Source of the DNA: Malacoraja senta
Lineage: Eukaryota
Assembly (NCBI GenBank): GCA_038087875.1
Contig: CM075982.1
Coordinates: 59,334,001 to 59,398,000, forward strand
DNA length: 64,000 nt
Direction: 5' to 3'
The notes under the pieces are model-generated. The model had not been told where the DNA came from. It saw nothing but the letters and a program-made list of their open reading frames with translations, and ran no database searches. Below are positions 39,314 to 50,982 of the stretch, in pieces. Both the position numbers and the translations under genes were made by a program. Each line of letters begins with the position of its first letter. Within the stretch, counting starts at the first letter, position 1.

Positions 39314-41514
39314 GGTTCAAAGCTCTGTGATTTTATGCCGCTGATCCAAATCCCGGCCTCACTGCATTGATTGACTTTCGATGAGAAATAATCAATAATG
39401 TGTTAAACATGAAATGTTAATATCATGCAGTAACAATTGATTTGAATAATCAAAACAAACAGTAACCCATCTATCCCAGGGGAAACTAAACAGGACTTAA
39501 TACTGAATTTGCAAACAGCCTCTCTCCGATCGGCCGATGGTAAATTAAAAAAAAAAAAATCATTTGACCACCCGGCACCTATAAAAATATGGCCGCTGTG
39601 AACATCCATCGCCCTAGCCGACGACGTTGCTGCTGCACTAGGTGAAAAAGGATATATACACTTCAGTGTTAATACCTGCCTTAATCAACATTTGCTTTAA
39701 ACCACCTTGAGATAGTCTGCACTGACACTCTCCTGTGTGGCTTCATGTAACTGATAAACAATGCTGTTTCCACATTTCTTAAGGTCTTTATAGCTTCAAT
39801 ATAATGAAAATAAATGTGCCATTACTCATAAACATGGATCAGTAGGTTATGCTGAAACACAATTTTAACGAACCTGTGACATCTGCCCTGCTCTGCTTAA
39901 GCATGACGCAATTATATAACATAACATTCTCTTCAGCAAATTCCATCTTGTCTAGCAGAAGTTTTTGCAAAATCTGCACTTGCTATGCTGAACCAATGCC
40001 AAGAGCATAACCACTTTCATGATTAGTTTGGCAAATTCAGAGACATGACATGAACCTACTGTCGAAGCATCTTGAGGACCTCACTTACATCCCAGATCGC
40101 CATATACCTGGGTTTAGGAGGTTTAGAGTTGAAATTCCTTTCATCAATCCAGCTATGATATGATGAAACTCAATAGGATCTTTCCTGACCCCATCAAAAC
40201 CATACGATGACAAAGCACTTAAAGCTGTATTAATGGTGCTATAACTGAGCCCCTCATCATCGTAGAGTGTCAACAGGAACTCTAAAAAATCCACAATAAC
40301 TGCAGTACTATAGTCAATATTATTTTGTACACAATATTGCTCCCATTTTTTACATCAGTAATATACCCCTTTTGAGTACTCTTTCTCCAGGCTACAAGCA
40401 CCCCCAAAGCGGCATCCTGCTTGATTTCTTGCAGACTCCGACCTATTAGGCAAAATGGTATCAATTGCAACTGCCACCTGGTCTGGTTCCCATGAAACCT
40501 ATTTAGGCTGCTGGTGGTTGAACCTTGATGCAAAACAAATCGATATCTGGCATTCATATACAAGTACTATATTATTGAACACCTCCTGGTTCAACATCCA
40601 ATCTATGTTGTCATGGAACTTTCGTGACTTGGCGTCTGCTACTATGCAGAATCTACCTGGTAGATAAATAGCTGAAATATATTTTTCAATGCACCAGGCC
40701 CAAATTTGATTAGCCAATCTGTCACAAAATTCCGACTGCCTTCCACCGATGTGATTAATATATATGCCACTTGCATAGTATTGTCAATCTGAAACTGAAC
40801 ATGCAGATTACATTTGTTAGAGCAATAAGCCTTGTCCATAAAAACCTCTTAATAGTTAATTGCAGAACTATTAAGTCTGCAGAAGCGATGCTGCTTGCTC
40901 AGGCCATCTGCCTCCACAGCTGAAACCAGTATCCGTGACACCCCAACCGAGTGCACTGACATTCATCTGCAAAATCATGGAAGGCTGGTCAAGCATTACC
41001 TTGCTATAACTCCTGGACACATGGTGAATCCACCATTGCAAATCAGAATAGCCTTTACTGATAACTGCATAGGTCTATTATAATGACCTGAATGTATCCT
41101 TAATGCCTCAATTAGCTTGATACAGCTGTCAATTAGCTCTACCCTTTTTTCCCTGGGCAGAATCACTTAATTGAATCAATTGTGACCCAAATAGTCAGGT
41201 GTTAATTTGGATTTCTCTGGATGGATCAGCAATCAGCGACTGAGCAGGAATTTTAGAGGCAAACGCCCACTGTTTTCCCTCGTGCATTCAGCATGGGATC
41301 CCGGCACATAGCCATGTTTGGATTCCTGTTTGGAGTTAATCCATACTAACCTTAGACACTCTTTTAGAGTTGGACTTATCGAAGCTGAAGCAGGTATCAC
41401 CAACCATCTCCTCAATTTGCTTGTACATGCCTCTGTACCAAGCATGATGTTCGACACCATTCCCCACAATCTTATCACATATGTGTGTGGCTCCATCTTC
41501 ATCCGCTATACATC

Positions 41515-41912
41515 CACGTGGGAGGACTTATGCTACCTGCAACAGGAGCTGCCCCAGGCCTGTGTGCATCTATTTTAGCACCATCTCGACCACTACGGAG
41601 AACCGAGTGGGAGTAATGGCAACCCTGCAAACAGGTGTTGCTTCAGGCCCATGTGCATACTCCTGTAGCACTCTCTCGACCACGCTGCCATTTGAGTGGG
41701 AGAAATTTTGGCAACCCTTTACTAGGCGTCACCTCAGGCATGTGTGCATATATTTTAGCACTATCTCGACCACTGTGGTGCACCAAGTGGGAGGAATGGC
41801 AACCCTGCAAACAGGTGTTGCTTCAGGCACATGTGCATCCTCCTGTTGCACTCTCTTGACCACTCCGACCCTTGAGTGGGAGGAATTTTGCAACCCTTTA
41901 CTAGGTGTTGCT
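41515..41912. repeat. ~90-bp subunit tandem array with a 180-bp higher-order period
   Basis: 41555-41734 aligns with 41735-41912; subunit motifs TGTGCAT, TCGACCAC, GTGGGAG and GCAACCCT. Confidence 0.9.
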
Positions 41913-42909
41913 GCCTGACATGCCTTACGATGGAGCGTTGTTGGATTGCAACGAGACGCAATGTTGTCTGACATTGATACCCCTGGCTTGGCATTCACTC
42001 TGAGTTGGGGTTATCAGGTTGCTGCCTACAGCAGCCGCCAGGACTAGCCATGCAAATCGATACTCTGTTGGTATCCTCCTTCCCCAAACAGGCTGCACAT
42101 GCTAGCGACTCCAAATCGTGCTCCTTTCCGATGCCAACGCCGTCTATAGGGAAGAATTGGAGTGCCTCTGACCCCCGTACATCAGACATAGTGGGAAATG
42201 CTGGAACAAAACTTAACAGTTATTTGTCATAGGCAAAGACATTTATGTGAATAAAGACGCCCATCCCAGTTAAACCTGGGATTTATTTACTTTTAATATG
42301 AGTAATCCGGCGTCTTGGGGAAGAAACCGTGCACAGTTCCTTTTAATGAGCAGAATTACTATGACGCCACCTGGTGTAACTCCCACAGGTGACTGTTAAT
42401 ACAGCTCAACAAGGCTTCCCATTTCCTTAATTGAGTAAATGATAATCATCTGTCTCGGTATAATAGTCACAATGTGACCAAGTGGTAACTATAATGTCTA
42501 CCCTTTTGAACGCTTCCCAAAATTGCGTTCGTCCTTAATTTGGAGGGCATGCATGAATTGTAAATTCTCCTTGAAGGCCAGCTTGGCCTAGACCTGAAAC
42601 CTCCACAGAATTAGCAGAAAATGCTACTGCCATAGACACATAAGGGTGATAAACCACTAATCTCACTTCCTGAGTTGGGGTTGGGGTCAGCCACACACTG
42701 ACCCCTTGTACTCCTCTCCACTGAGGGAATTGGTAAGCAGCCCTGAGACCTTACTCCTCTCCACTGAGGACATACATATATAACAGATGGGACCCTCCTG
42801 GCCAGGCTCCACATAGTTCAAACTCATATGGGCTGCCAAAGTCGGGGTCCTTGCCTCAATGAGCCGGGTAGTAACCCAACGACCACGCTCAGTCGGCACC
42901 CCAAATACC

Positions 42910-43265
42910 CTCGGGAGTCGCTGACCTTACTGTCAGCGACTCTAACAAGAAGTCCAACGGTAACCGGCTCCTCACTTTACTGCAGACCGTAGCCGGTGTT
43001 CCCGCGGTCCCTATTTAAAACATATCTCTGGAGTCGCTGACCTGCCTGTCAGCGACTCGAAATAACAAGCCCAACAGCCACCTCTATCGTGACCGTAGCT
43101 TGCTTAACCCGCGGTCTACAAAAACCCGCGGCCCGAATTAAACCTCGGGAGTCGCAGACCGTTCTGTCCGCGACTCAACCAGCAAAACCCACCGGCCGTC
43201 TGCTACCGCACTCCCGCGGTCCGAAGCCGGCATCCCCGCGGTCAACATTTTCCCCCGCGGTCCAC
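42910..43265. repeat. Three ~117-bp units, each with an 11-bp-stem hairpin GAGTCGCTGAC-N6-GTCAGCGACTC
   Basis: Hairpins at 42915-42942, 43031-43058 and 43149-43176; six CCCGCGG motifs. Confidence 0.9.
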
Positions 43266-43520
43266 CGGGTTATGCTCAATTTGATGTCCAGCAGGAACCT
43301 GCGAGAAGAGATTCCTGCAACGGACAACCTGAAAAGTAAGTTTAAACTTACCTGTAGGATTTTTCAAACTTACCGCTGGAGAACTTTGTTCCTCCCAGCC
43401 TGTCTGCGCCAATGCGACCGACGTAATGACGCGCATGCGCCCTGACGGGTCTTCTTCACGTAGTCACTCACGCGACTCCGAAGTAAAATAATTAATAGGC
43501 TTTCATTGAGATATAAAATG

Positions 43521-43673
43521 TTGTGGGGTCTTCACCATTTTGATATGAGATGATGTTATAAGAGCATCTAGAACTAAGGGTCTTCTCTCCAGAGATGCTG
43601 CCTGTCCCACCGAGATACTCCAACATTTTGTGTCTATCTTCGGTTTAAACCAGCATCTGCAGTTCCTTCCTAC
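43521..43673 (+). mobile_element. PLE-derived short repeat (core ~43580-43673)
   Basis: TTCTCTCCAGAGATGCTGCC...GCATCTGCAGTTCCTTCCTACA. Confidence 0.7.
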
Positions 43674-44109
43674 ATGATTGGGTTGGTGGTGAGACCACAT
43701 TGGAGGTGATGGAAGGTGGAAGGGGTTGGAGATGGGACATTGTGACCAGCGGTGGGTTCCACTCAAATCTCTGCAGAACGTGGAAGGGGACAGACATAGG
43801 ACAATTGGTTTGGCGGTTTGGCGGTGGGACCATGCTGGAGGTCTTGGAAGGGGATGGAGATGGGACGATGGGACTGGTGGAGTGATCACGTTCAGTCTCA
43901 TAAGGTTGGAATGAATAGGAGTAGAATTAGGCCATTCGGCCCATCAAGTCTACCTTTATAGCAGAAACGGGTGGAGATAGGATGATGTGTCTGGTGGTGA
44001 GACTATGTTGGAGGGGATGGAAAGAGGAGATGGTACAATATGATTGGTGGTGGGACCAACTTGCATCTCTGCAGAAGGTGGAAAGTGGTGGGGAGGGGAT
44101 TGGTGGTAG

Positions 44110-44700
44110 GACCAACTTTGAGCACAGAGGATGGGAGGTCATGTTGCAGTTGTACAAGACAATGGTGAGGCCGCATGAAGTATTGTGTTCAGTTCTGGGC
44201 ACCATGTTATAGGAAAGATGTTGTCAAGCTTGAAAGGGATCAGAGAAGATTTACGAGGATTTTGCCAGGACCTGAGGGTCTGAGCTATAGGGAGAGGTTG
44301 AGTAGGCTGGGACTCTATTCCTTGGAGTGCAGGTGGATGAGGTGTGATCTTAGAGAGGTGTACAAAATCATGAGAGGAAAAGATTGGGTAGATGCACAGA
44401 GTCTCTTGCCCAGAGTGGGGGAATCGAGGACCAGAGGACATAGGTTCAAGGTGAAGGGGAAAAAATTTAAAAGGAATCTGAGGAGTAACTGGGAGTGAGA
44501 GTATGTAACAAACTGCCAGAGGAGGTAGTTGATGCTGGGCCTATCCCAATGTTTAGGAAAATGTTAGACAGGTACATGGATAGGACAGGTTTGGAGGGAT
44601 ATGGATCAAGTGCAGGCAGGTGGGACCAGTGTAGCTGGGACATGTTGGCCGGTGTGGGCCTGTTTCCACACTGTATCACTCTATGACTCTATAACTCTAT
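44110..44700 (+). mobile_element. CR1 LINE 3' portion whose tail matches the SINE tail
   Basis: YCVQFWAPCYRKDV...; tail GGGCCTGTTTCCACACTGTAT plus CTCTATGA repeats. Confidence 0.92.
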
Positions 44701-45432
44701 GGCATTCTGTTCAGAAAATCTAAGCTCAATGGAGTGTCAGTCTTAGACAGTCTACAATTCTCCATTTGGCATCATGTTCAATACAAACATTGTGGGCCAA
44801 AGAGCTTGTACTTGCAATGAACCGTTCAATTTTTCATGTTCAATTTCTATATTCAAGGGTCCCATTTTTCCTCTCACAAGATCTGAGACCCTATCGAATT
44901 CAATAGTTCATGTATGCCAATGATTTAGGAGGCAAAGGATGTTACTTTATAAAATAATTTGCTCTCTTTTACTCTTAATTATTCATGCGCCTAAAGCATT
45001 ATGTTAAATTCATTTATTTTTAATTTTGACAATAAATATTTGATTAGTGGAGACTGGGTATCATGACAGCTGTCAGATAAATTACCATAAGTTCCACGTT
45101 GGAAATGATGATAAATTACCGCATGCCACAAGTGCATTAATATAATAAGCTCTAAATGATTATTATTTGTGTTGATCTCCTCCGTTAATGAAAGAGATTA
45201 GCCTATAATAGTTATAATGTTTAGCTTTTGTGCAAGGAAATGAGAACTAAAAATGTCAATATGAAATTGTCTGCAATTTTGTTTTTACGGTTTATTTCTT
45301 TCCTAACTTCTGGTAAAGTGCACATTTAATGTGTGAAATATTTATAAACAGAACCAGTTATGCTCAATTGAATCACCTTTACTAATGGTAGCCAACAATG
45401 CCAAATGCTCAACAATCCTCAAATTGGTAAGT

Positions 45433-46390
45433 TCAGTTTAGTTTATTGTCACGTGTACCGAGGTACAGTGAAAAGCTTTTGTTGCGTGCTATCCAGTCGG
45501 CAGTAAGACAATACATGATTACAACCGAGCAATTTACAGTGTATCGATACATGATAAGGGAATAATGTTTAGTGCAAGGTAAAGCCAGCAAAGTCCGATC
45601 AAGGATAGTCTGAGGGTTACTAAACCACCAGGGACGGCGAACGATTGGCAGCCCCGCCAACAGTTTGCTTGTTTTTTCGTTAAAAAAAAAAAATTTAGTG
45701 CGTTTTATAAGTTTGTGTAAATGTTCTCCGGTTGTTTTATGTTTGTAGGGGGGGAGGGGTTGGGGGAAACTTTTTTTTTTCAGTTTCTTACCTTGCCAGA
45801 GACATGGTGTTTCCGGGTCGCATGTCCGGTCGCCCGGCGTGGGGGAGCTGGCATCCCCCTGATACAGGAGCTGGATCGTACCGATGCAGAGGGCCCAAAA
45901 CGCCACCGGCTAAGGGTGTGAAGATCGTCCCGTCAACGGAGGGCTCGAGTCCCCCGACCGTGGGAGAGCTAAGGGAAGAGATTGAACTTTGTTTTGTCTT
46001 CCATCACGGTGAGGAATGTGGAATCTCTGTGGTGGATGTTTATGTTAAAACGTGTTTTGTGTGTTCTGTTGCTTTTTATTTTTATGACTGACTTGGCAAA
46101 TGAAATTCCTCGTATGTTGCAAAACATACTTGGCTAATAAAGTATTATTGTGATTGTTATTGTGAAGTGGTAGGTAGTAGTTCAGCACTACTCTCTGATT
46201 GTGTTAGGATAATTCAGTATCCTGATAACTGCTGGGAAGATACTGTCCCTGAATCTGGAGGTGTGCGTTTTCACACTTCTATACCTTTTGCCTGATGGGA
46301 GAGGAGAGAAGAGGGAGTGGCCAGGGTGCAACATCCTTGATTATGCTGCTGGCCTTGCCGAGGCAGCGTGAGGTATAAATAGTGTCAATA
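45433..46390 (-). mobile_element. Rex1/Babar 3' end interrupted by a non-autonomous element
   Basis: LPSGKRYRSVKTHTSRFRDSIFP at 46230-46300; 3'UTR at 45433-45623. Confidence 0.85.
45624..46164 (+). mobile_element. Non-autonomous retroelement, ACCACCAGGG family (internally shorter copy)
   Basis: Homologous to 47251-48005 at both ends; AATAAA plus (TGAT)-type tail. Confidence 0.8.
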
Positions 46391-46996
46391 GAATGCAATG
46401 AATATTTGATCATAGATTTCTGCGATTAAAGTTATTAAAAATAGTATGAAATGCCTAAATGAGTTATTGATATTTTTGAAGCTATTTGTTCAACAGTATT
46501 TTGGGATTGCAATTATTGAGTTAGTTGTCAAAACCTTAAAAATCAGAGGTGAATGGAACCTATTCCCTCATCTTTGTTCTTAGAATTCTAAATTTGCAAA
46601 CCGGTTCTCAGTCATTAAGTTCATGCTCAGCAATAGAATAGCTAATCATATAGTCCATTGAATTAGATTAGCTATTAAATTCAAAACAGAAATGATGCCA
46701 GTAAAATTCAAAGCAGGAAACATCAGAGATAGGAGATAGACACAAAAAGCTGGAGTAACACATAAGGGCAGGCTGCATCTCTAGAGAGAAGGAATGGGTG
46801 ACGTTTTGGGTCGAGAAATCAGAGATAGGGGATTGCCTACTAATATTTGTTTATTTGTTTGGCCTTATTACAAGCCATATACACCAAGCTTTAAAGGGAA
46901 TGAATGTTGATTGGTAAGTTCACATAAAATATAAGTTGTGAATTACAATCTAGACAGTGCGACCTAAAGCTTCACAATGAACCCTTCCTTTCAGTG

Positions 46997-47170
46997 TTTA
47001 GTTTAGTTTAGAGATACAGCATGGAAATAGGCCCTTCAGCCCACCAAGTCTGCGCCGATCAACAATCACCCATATACTAGTTTTATCCTAAACATTAGGG
47101 ACAATTTACGAAAGTCCATTATCCTACAACCTGCATGTCTTTGGAATGTGGGAGGAAACCGGAGCACGTG
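46997..47170 (-). mobile_element. HE1/V-SINE-like SINE, 3' half
   Basis: Tail and body. Confidence 0.85.
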
Positions 47171-47250
47171 GATAAATCATGGCAGGGAGCAATCTTGTAA
47201 AGGTAAAGGAGTGGTCCACTGATTTTGGGCACCTTTGCTTACCAAAAGTT

Positions 47251-48005
47251 ACCACCAGGGGCGCCGTACGATGGCAGCTCCGCCAGCAGTCTGTTCATTT
47301 TTAATATATTTTTTTATTTTTAGTGTTTGTTAAAAGTTTGTTTTAATGTTCTCCAGTTTGTCTTATGTGGGGGGAGGGGAAGGGGAGGGAAAAATACTTT
47401 TTTTCAGGTTCTTACCTTGCCGGAGATGTGATTGATTTTCGCATCACATTCTCTGGGCGCTCTGCGGCCTTCCATCGATGGAGCTGGAAGCATCCTCGGA
47501 CTGCCGTGATCCCCACTGAGGGGCGTGGAATTCACATCGGAGCTGATCCCTTGCCTGGGATCGCTCCAACCGCGGCCTGCGGATTTACCATCAAGAGGTT
47601 GCAGTCTCGGGAGAGGCCGAGTCGGGAGCTCCAATGTCGCGGAACGTTCGACCAGCCCCGACGCGAAGTTTGATCGTCCAGCGTGGGGGAGCTGACATCC
47701 CCCCGATGCAGGAGCTGATCGCCTCGACACGGAGGGCCAAAACACCGCCGGCTACGGGAGTCAAGATCGTCCCGTCAACGGAGGGCTCGAGGCCCCCGAC
47801 CGCGGGAGAGCAAAGGGAAGAGACTTGAACTTTATTTTGCCTTCCATCACAGTGAGGAATGTGTAGGAGTCACTGTGGTGGATGTTCATGTTAAAATGTG
47901 TTTTGGGTGTTCTGTTGCCTTTTATTTGTGTGACTGACTTGGCAAATGAAATTCCTCGTATGTTGCAAAACATAGTTGACAAATAAAGTAATATTCTGAT
48001 TCTGT
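47251..48005 (+). mobile_element. Non-autonomous retroelement, ACCACCAGGG family (longer copy)
   Basis: Same 5' start and 3' end as 45624-46164; CpG-rich non-coding body. Confidence 0.8.
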
Positions 48006-50074
48006 TCAGTGGAGCAGGGTGAAAATAGAGAGGTTTATAGTGAAGTCCTAAGATCCACCTAGTTTACACCAAGCCAAATGGGTTAAAATCAAGCCTTCTA
48101 TATTTTCTGAGCAAGGAAGCATTGTTTACAAGCAAGAAATATGTTTGGATTCGGAAGCCTGACTCGTATAAACACCAGGTTAAATTGGTTCATGTTGGTA
48201 ACAAGCAACGTTTCTACGATGTTGCAATATTTTAGTGGCTTTGTTCAATTAAATAGAATATATATTGATGATTTATACTGAATAGATCTGGAAGGCACAT
48301 GTAGTATGCCCAATGTAAACATAATTTCAACAGGAAGCCTTGTTTGTTCCAATTTATTTTTTTCCATTTCCTGCAGAAATCATGATTTGCCTTTTCAACA
48401 AGCCCTGACAGTCTTTTATAAAGTATGGCATCTGAGGAAATAGACATATAGTTACAATTAACAAACCATGAATCTTCTGATCGAACATTTCTCTAAAACC
48501 TATCTTCCAAAAGCAAATGGTCAAGGAATAACCTGAGGATAGAAAGCCAAGAGATGATTCTAACTTTGCCAGAGTTGAAGATATGAAAAAAGAAACTTAC
48601 ACCAATTATATTAAGGGATTGAGTATAAAAAGAGTTCTGTTGATTTTGTCTGATGTAGACCAGGATTCAAACATATTTCATAATGCCCCCCATTAAGAAT
48701 CTCTTCCCTTCAAGTACAGAAAATCTTGCTCTTTTATTGAGCTAAAGGCATTTTCCCAACCCTTGTCCTGGTATCATTCATAACTCAAGCGCTGATTTGT
48801 CAGTTGATCTGGTTTCTCTCCTCCATCCCATACCAATCCCAATGATACCCTCTGAAGAAGTCCCCTACAATCTCTACGCCTTCCCTCTAATGTCTAATCC
48901 ACTTCTCTTCACCACCCTAACCCAATCCTCGTATTCCTTGATATGTTAATAAAAAGTACAAGATGTTATACAATGTTCATTGTGAGAAATCTTTTCATGT
49001 AGGTTTGTGCTTTAGAGTTCTTTCAGAGCTAAATTTATTTAGATATTGAGCATAATCTACAGCTAGCTGGTCAGTTATTGGGCCCATTGTAGGAGTTTGA
49101 ACAGACATAAGCCTCATTGAAATTCCGCTCCCTATTTTAAAGACGTTAGTGAGTAGCATATCTGTGGAATAAAAACAAAATCTAGTTCAATAGTGTTAAC
49201 GCCTTTAAGCTATATTTTTTGTGTAATTTCAAAAGCAAACCAACAGCCTTGCCAGCCATGACTTCAGCAGGGAGTAAGTAACATTGGAAACCAGCTTGGA
49301 TAAAACAATCTAACTTTGCAAGTTATCAAATATTTATGAACAACCTGCATTTAAATCATTAATGTCACAAAAAAAGGCACTTCAAATGGACGTAAATTGA
49401 AGGGGATGAAGGGATAAATCCAGAGGAACAAATAGTCGCAATCATTGCTATTCCACCATCAAAGATATCTGTCGCTCCATCCCTCACCCACACTTGGGAA
49501 AATCAGACAACCTAGCTGTGCCCCTTTTTCCTGCGTATAGACAGTGACTGAAGACCGCAGCTCCAGTGGTGAGGAATAAACAGACCTGGTCAATGGGGGA
49601 AGAACTTCATGATGCTGGGCGTTGATAGACTCAGACCAGGATTTTAAGGACTCAACAGAGAACGTGAACAAATACACCATTGTTGTTACCGACTACATAA
49701 GGACATGTGAGGAAGAGTGCGTTTCGACGAAGACCATTTGGGTGTTCTCTAACCATGGGTGAACCATGAGGTCCACAATCTATTGAGGATCAGATCTTGG
49801 GCATTCATGTCTGGTGATACAGGATCAAATTAAGTCCAGGTGCAACCTAGATAAGACCATCAGAAAAGCGAAGAGACAATCAGTCTAAACTGGAGGATAA
49901 GATGGACATTTGGCAGTTGTAGCAGTGCTTGCATACCACCACTTTTTTTCACTGCACTTTATGTGCACGTGACGAATAAAACTTGACTTGACTTGACTTG
50001 ACACTTCCTACAAGGCAAAACCAAATAGTGTTTTTTGCAACAACAAGGCATCACTCTCAAACAAGCTCAATACT

Positions 50075-50172
50075 CGAGTCTGAAGAAGGGTCTCGACCTG
50101 AAACATCACCAATTCCTTCACTCCATAGATGCTGCCTCACCCGCTGAGTTTCTCCAGCGTTTTTGTCTACCT
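50075..50172 (+). mobile_element. PLE-derived short insertion with 8-bp TSD
   Basis: TCAATACT at 50067-50074 and 50173-50180. Confidence 0.85.
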
Positions 50173-50293
50173 TCAATACTATGTAGACTTGCTTTCAAAT
50201 GGTGAACATTGAAGGGGATGAAGGGATAAATCCAGAGGATCGAATAGTCGCAATAGTCGAATAGTCTCGGGCCCCCATTACCCCCAGCAATAA

Positions 50294-50608
50294 GGGCGGC
50301 ATGGTGGCGTAGCGATAGAGTTGCTGCCTTACAGCGCTAGAGACCCAGGTTCAATGCCGACTATGGATGCTGTCTGTACAGAGTTTGTATGTTCACCCCT
50401 TGACCATGTGGGGCTTATACGGGATCTTCGGTTTCCTCCCACATTCCAAAAACTTACAGGTTTGTAGGTTAATGACATGGTATAAGTGTAAATTGTCCCT
50501 AATGTGTGTAAGATAGCGTTAATCTGCAGGGATCACTGGTCGGTGCGGACTCAGTGGGCCGAAGGGCCTGTTTCCACTCGGTATCTCAAAACTGAACAAA
50601 ACTAAACA
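50294..50608 (+). mobile_element. HE1/V-SINE-like SINE
   Basis: Head, body and tail present. Confidence 0.9.
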
Positions 50609-50982
50609 AAATAATGTACTCCTCAGTCACTGGCACTGATGACAGAAGATCTTTCATGAGGGTGAACCCTTGGAAAGCATCCATCCACAATGGAGAACTT
50701 GGATTCATTCTTAAAAACAGCAGTGATCAACTGGCTGTTTTCGTGAACATCTTCAACTTTTCATTACTAAGGTCCAAGATTTCCACTTGCTCTAAAAATA
50801 CATCAATACTACCAGTGTCAAGGAAGAGCAAGGTAACACACCTTAATAACTTTTGACCGTTAGTCTATGGTAATGGTGCTTTGCGAGGTTGTCCATGTTG
50901 CATAACACCCCAGCCGTGGTAAGGACCTGGACCCTTTGAAGTTCACCTACCGCCACAATAGATCAATGTGGAATGTGATCTA

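Larger units (their letters stand above)
39039..43489 (-). mobile_element. Chimeric DIRS-type element (DIRS-B), right terminus truncated
   Basis: 39039-41223 closely matches the reverse complement of DIRS-A 24027-26447; same ITR core at both ends; ICR at 39203-39313; 41224-43370 unrelated to DIRS-A. Confidence 0.93.

Noticed and set aside
42910-43265. CRISPR-like array of palindromic repeats
   Set aside because: Vertebrate TE context, no cas genes, only three units, and the ~90-bp spacers are related to each other.
47251-47266. CTCF-like motif CCACCAGGGGCGCC
   Set aside because: One base short of the core spacing and not conserved in the sister copy.
47410-47460. U1 snRNA-like start (CTTACCTTGCCGGAGAT)
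   Set aside because: Similarity covers only ~15 nt; no U1 stem-loops or Sm site follow.
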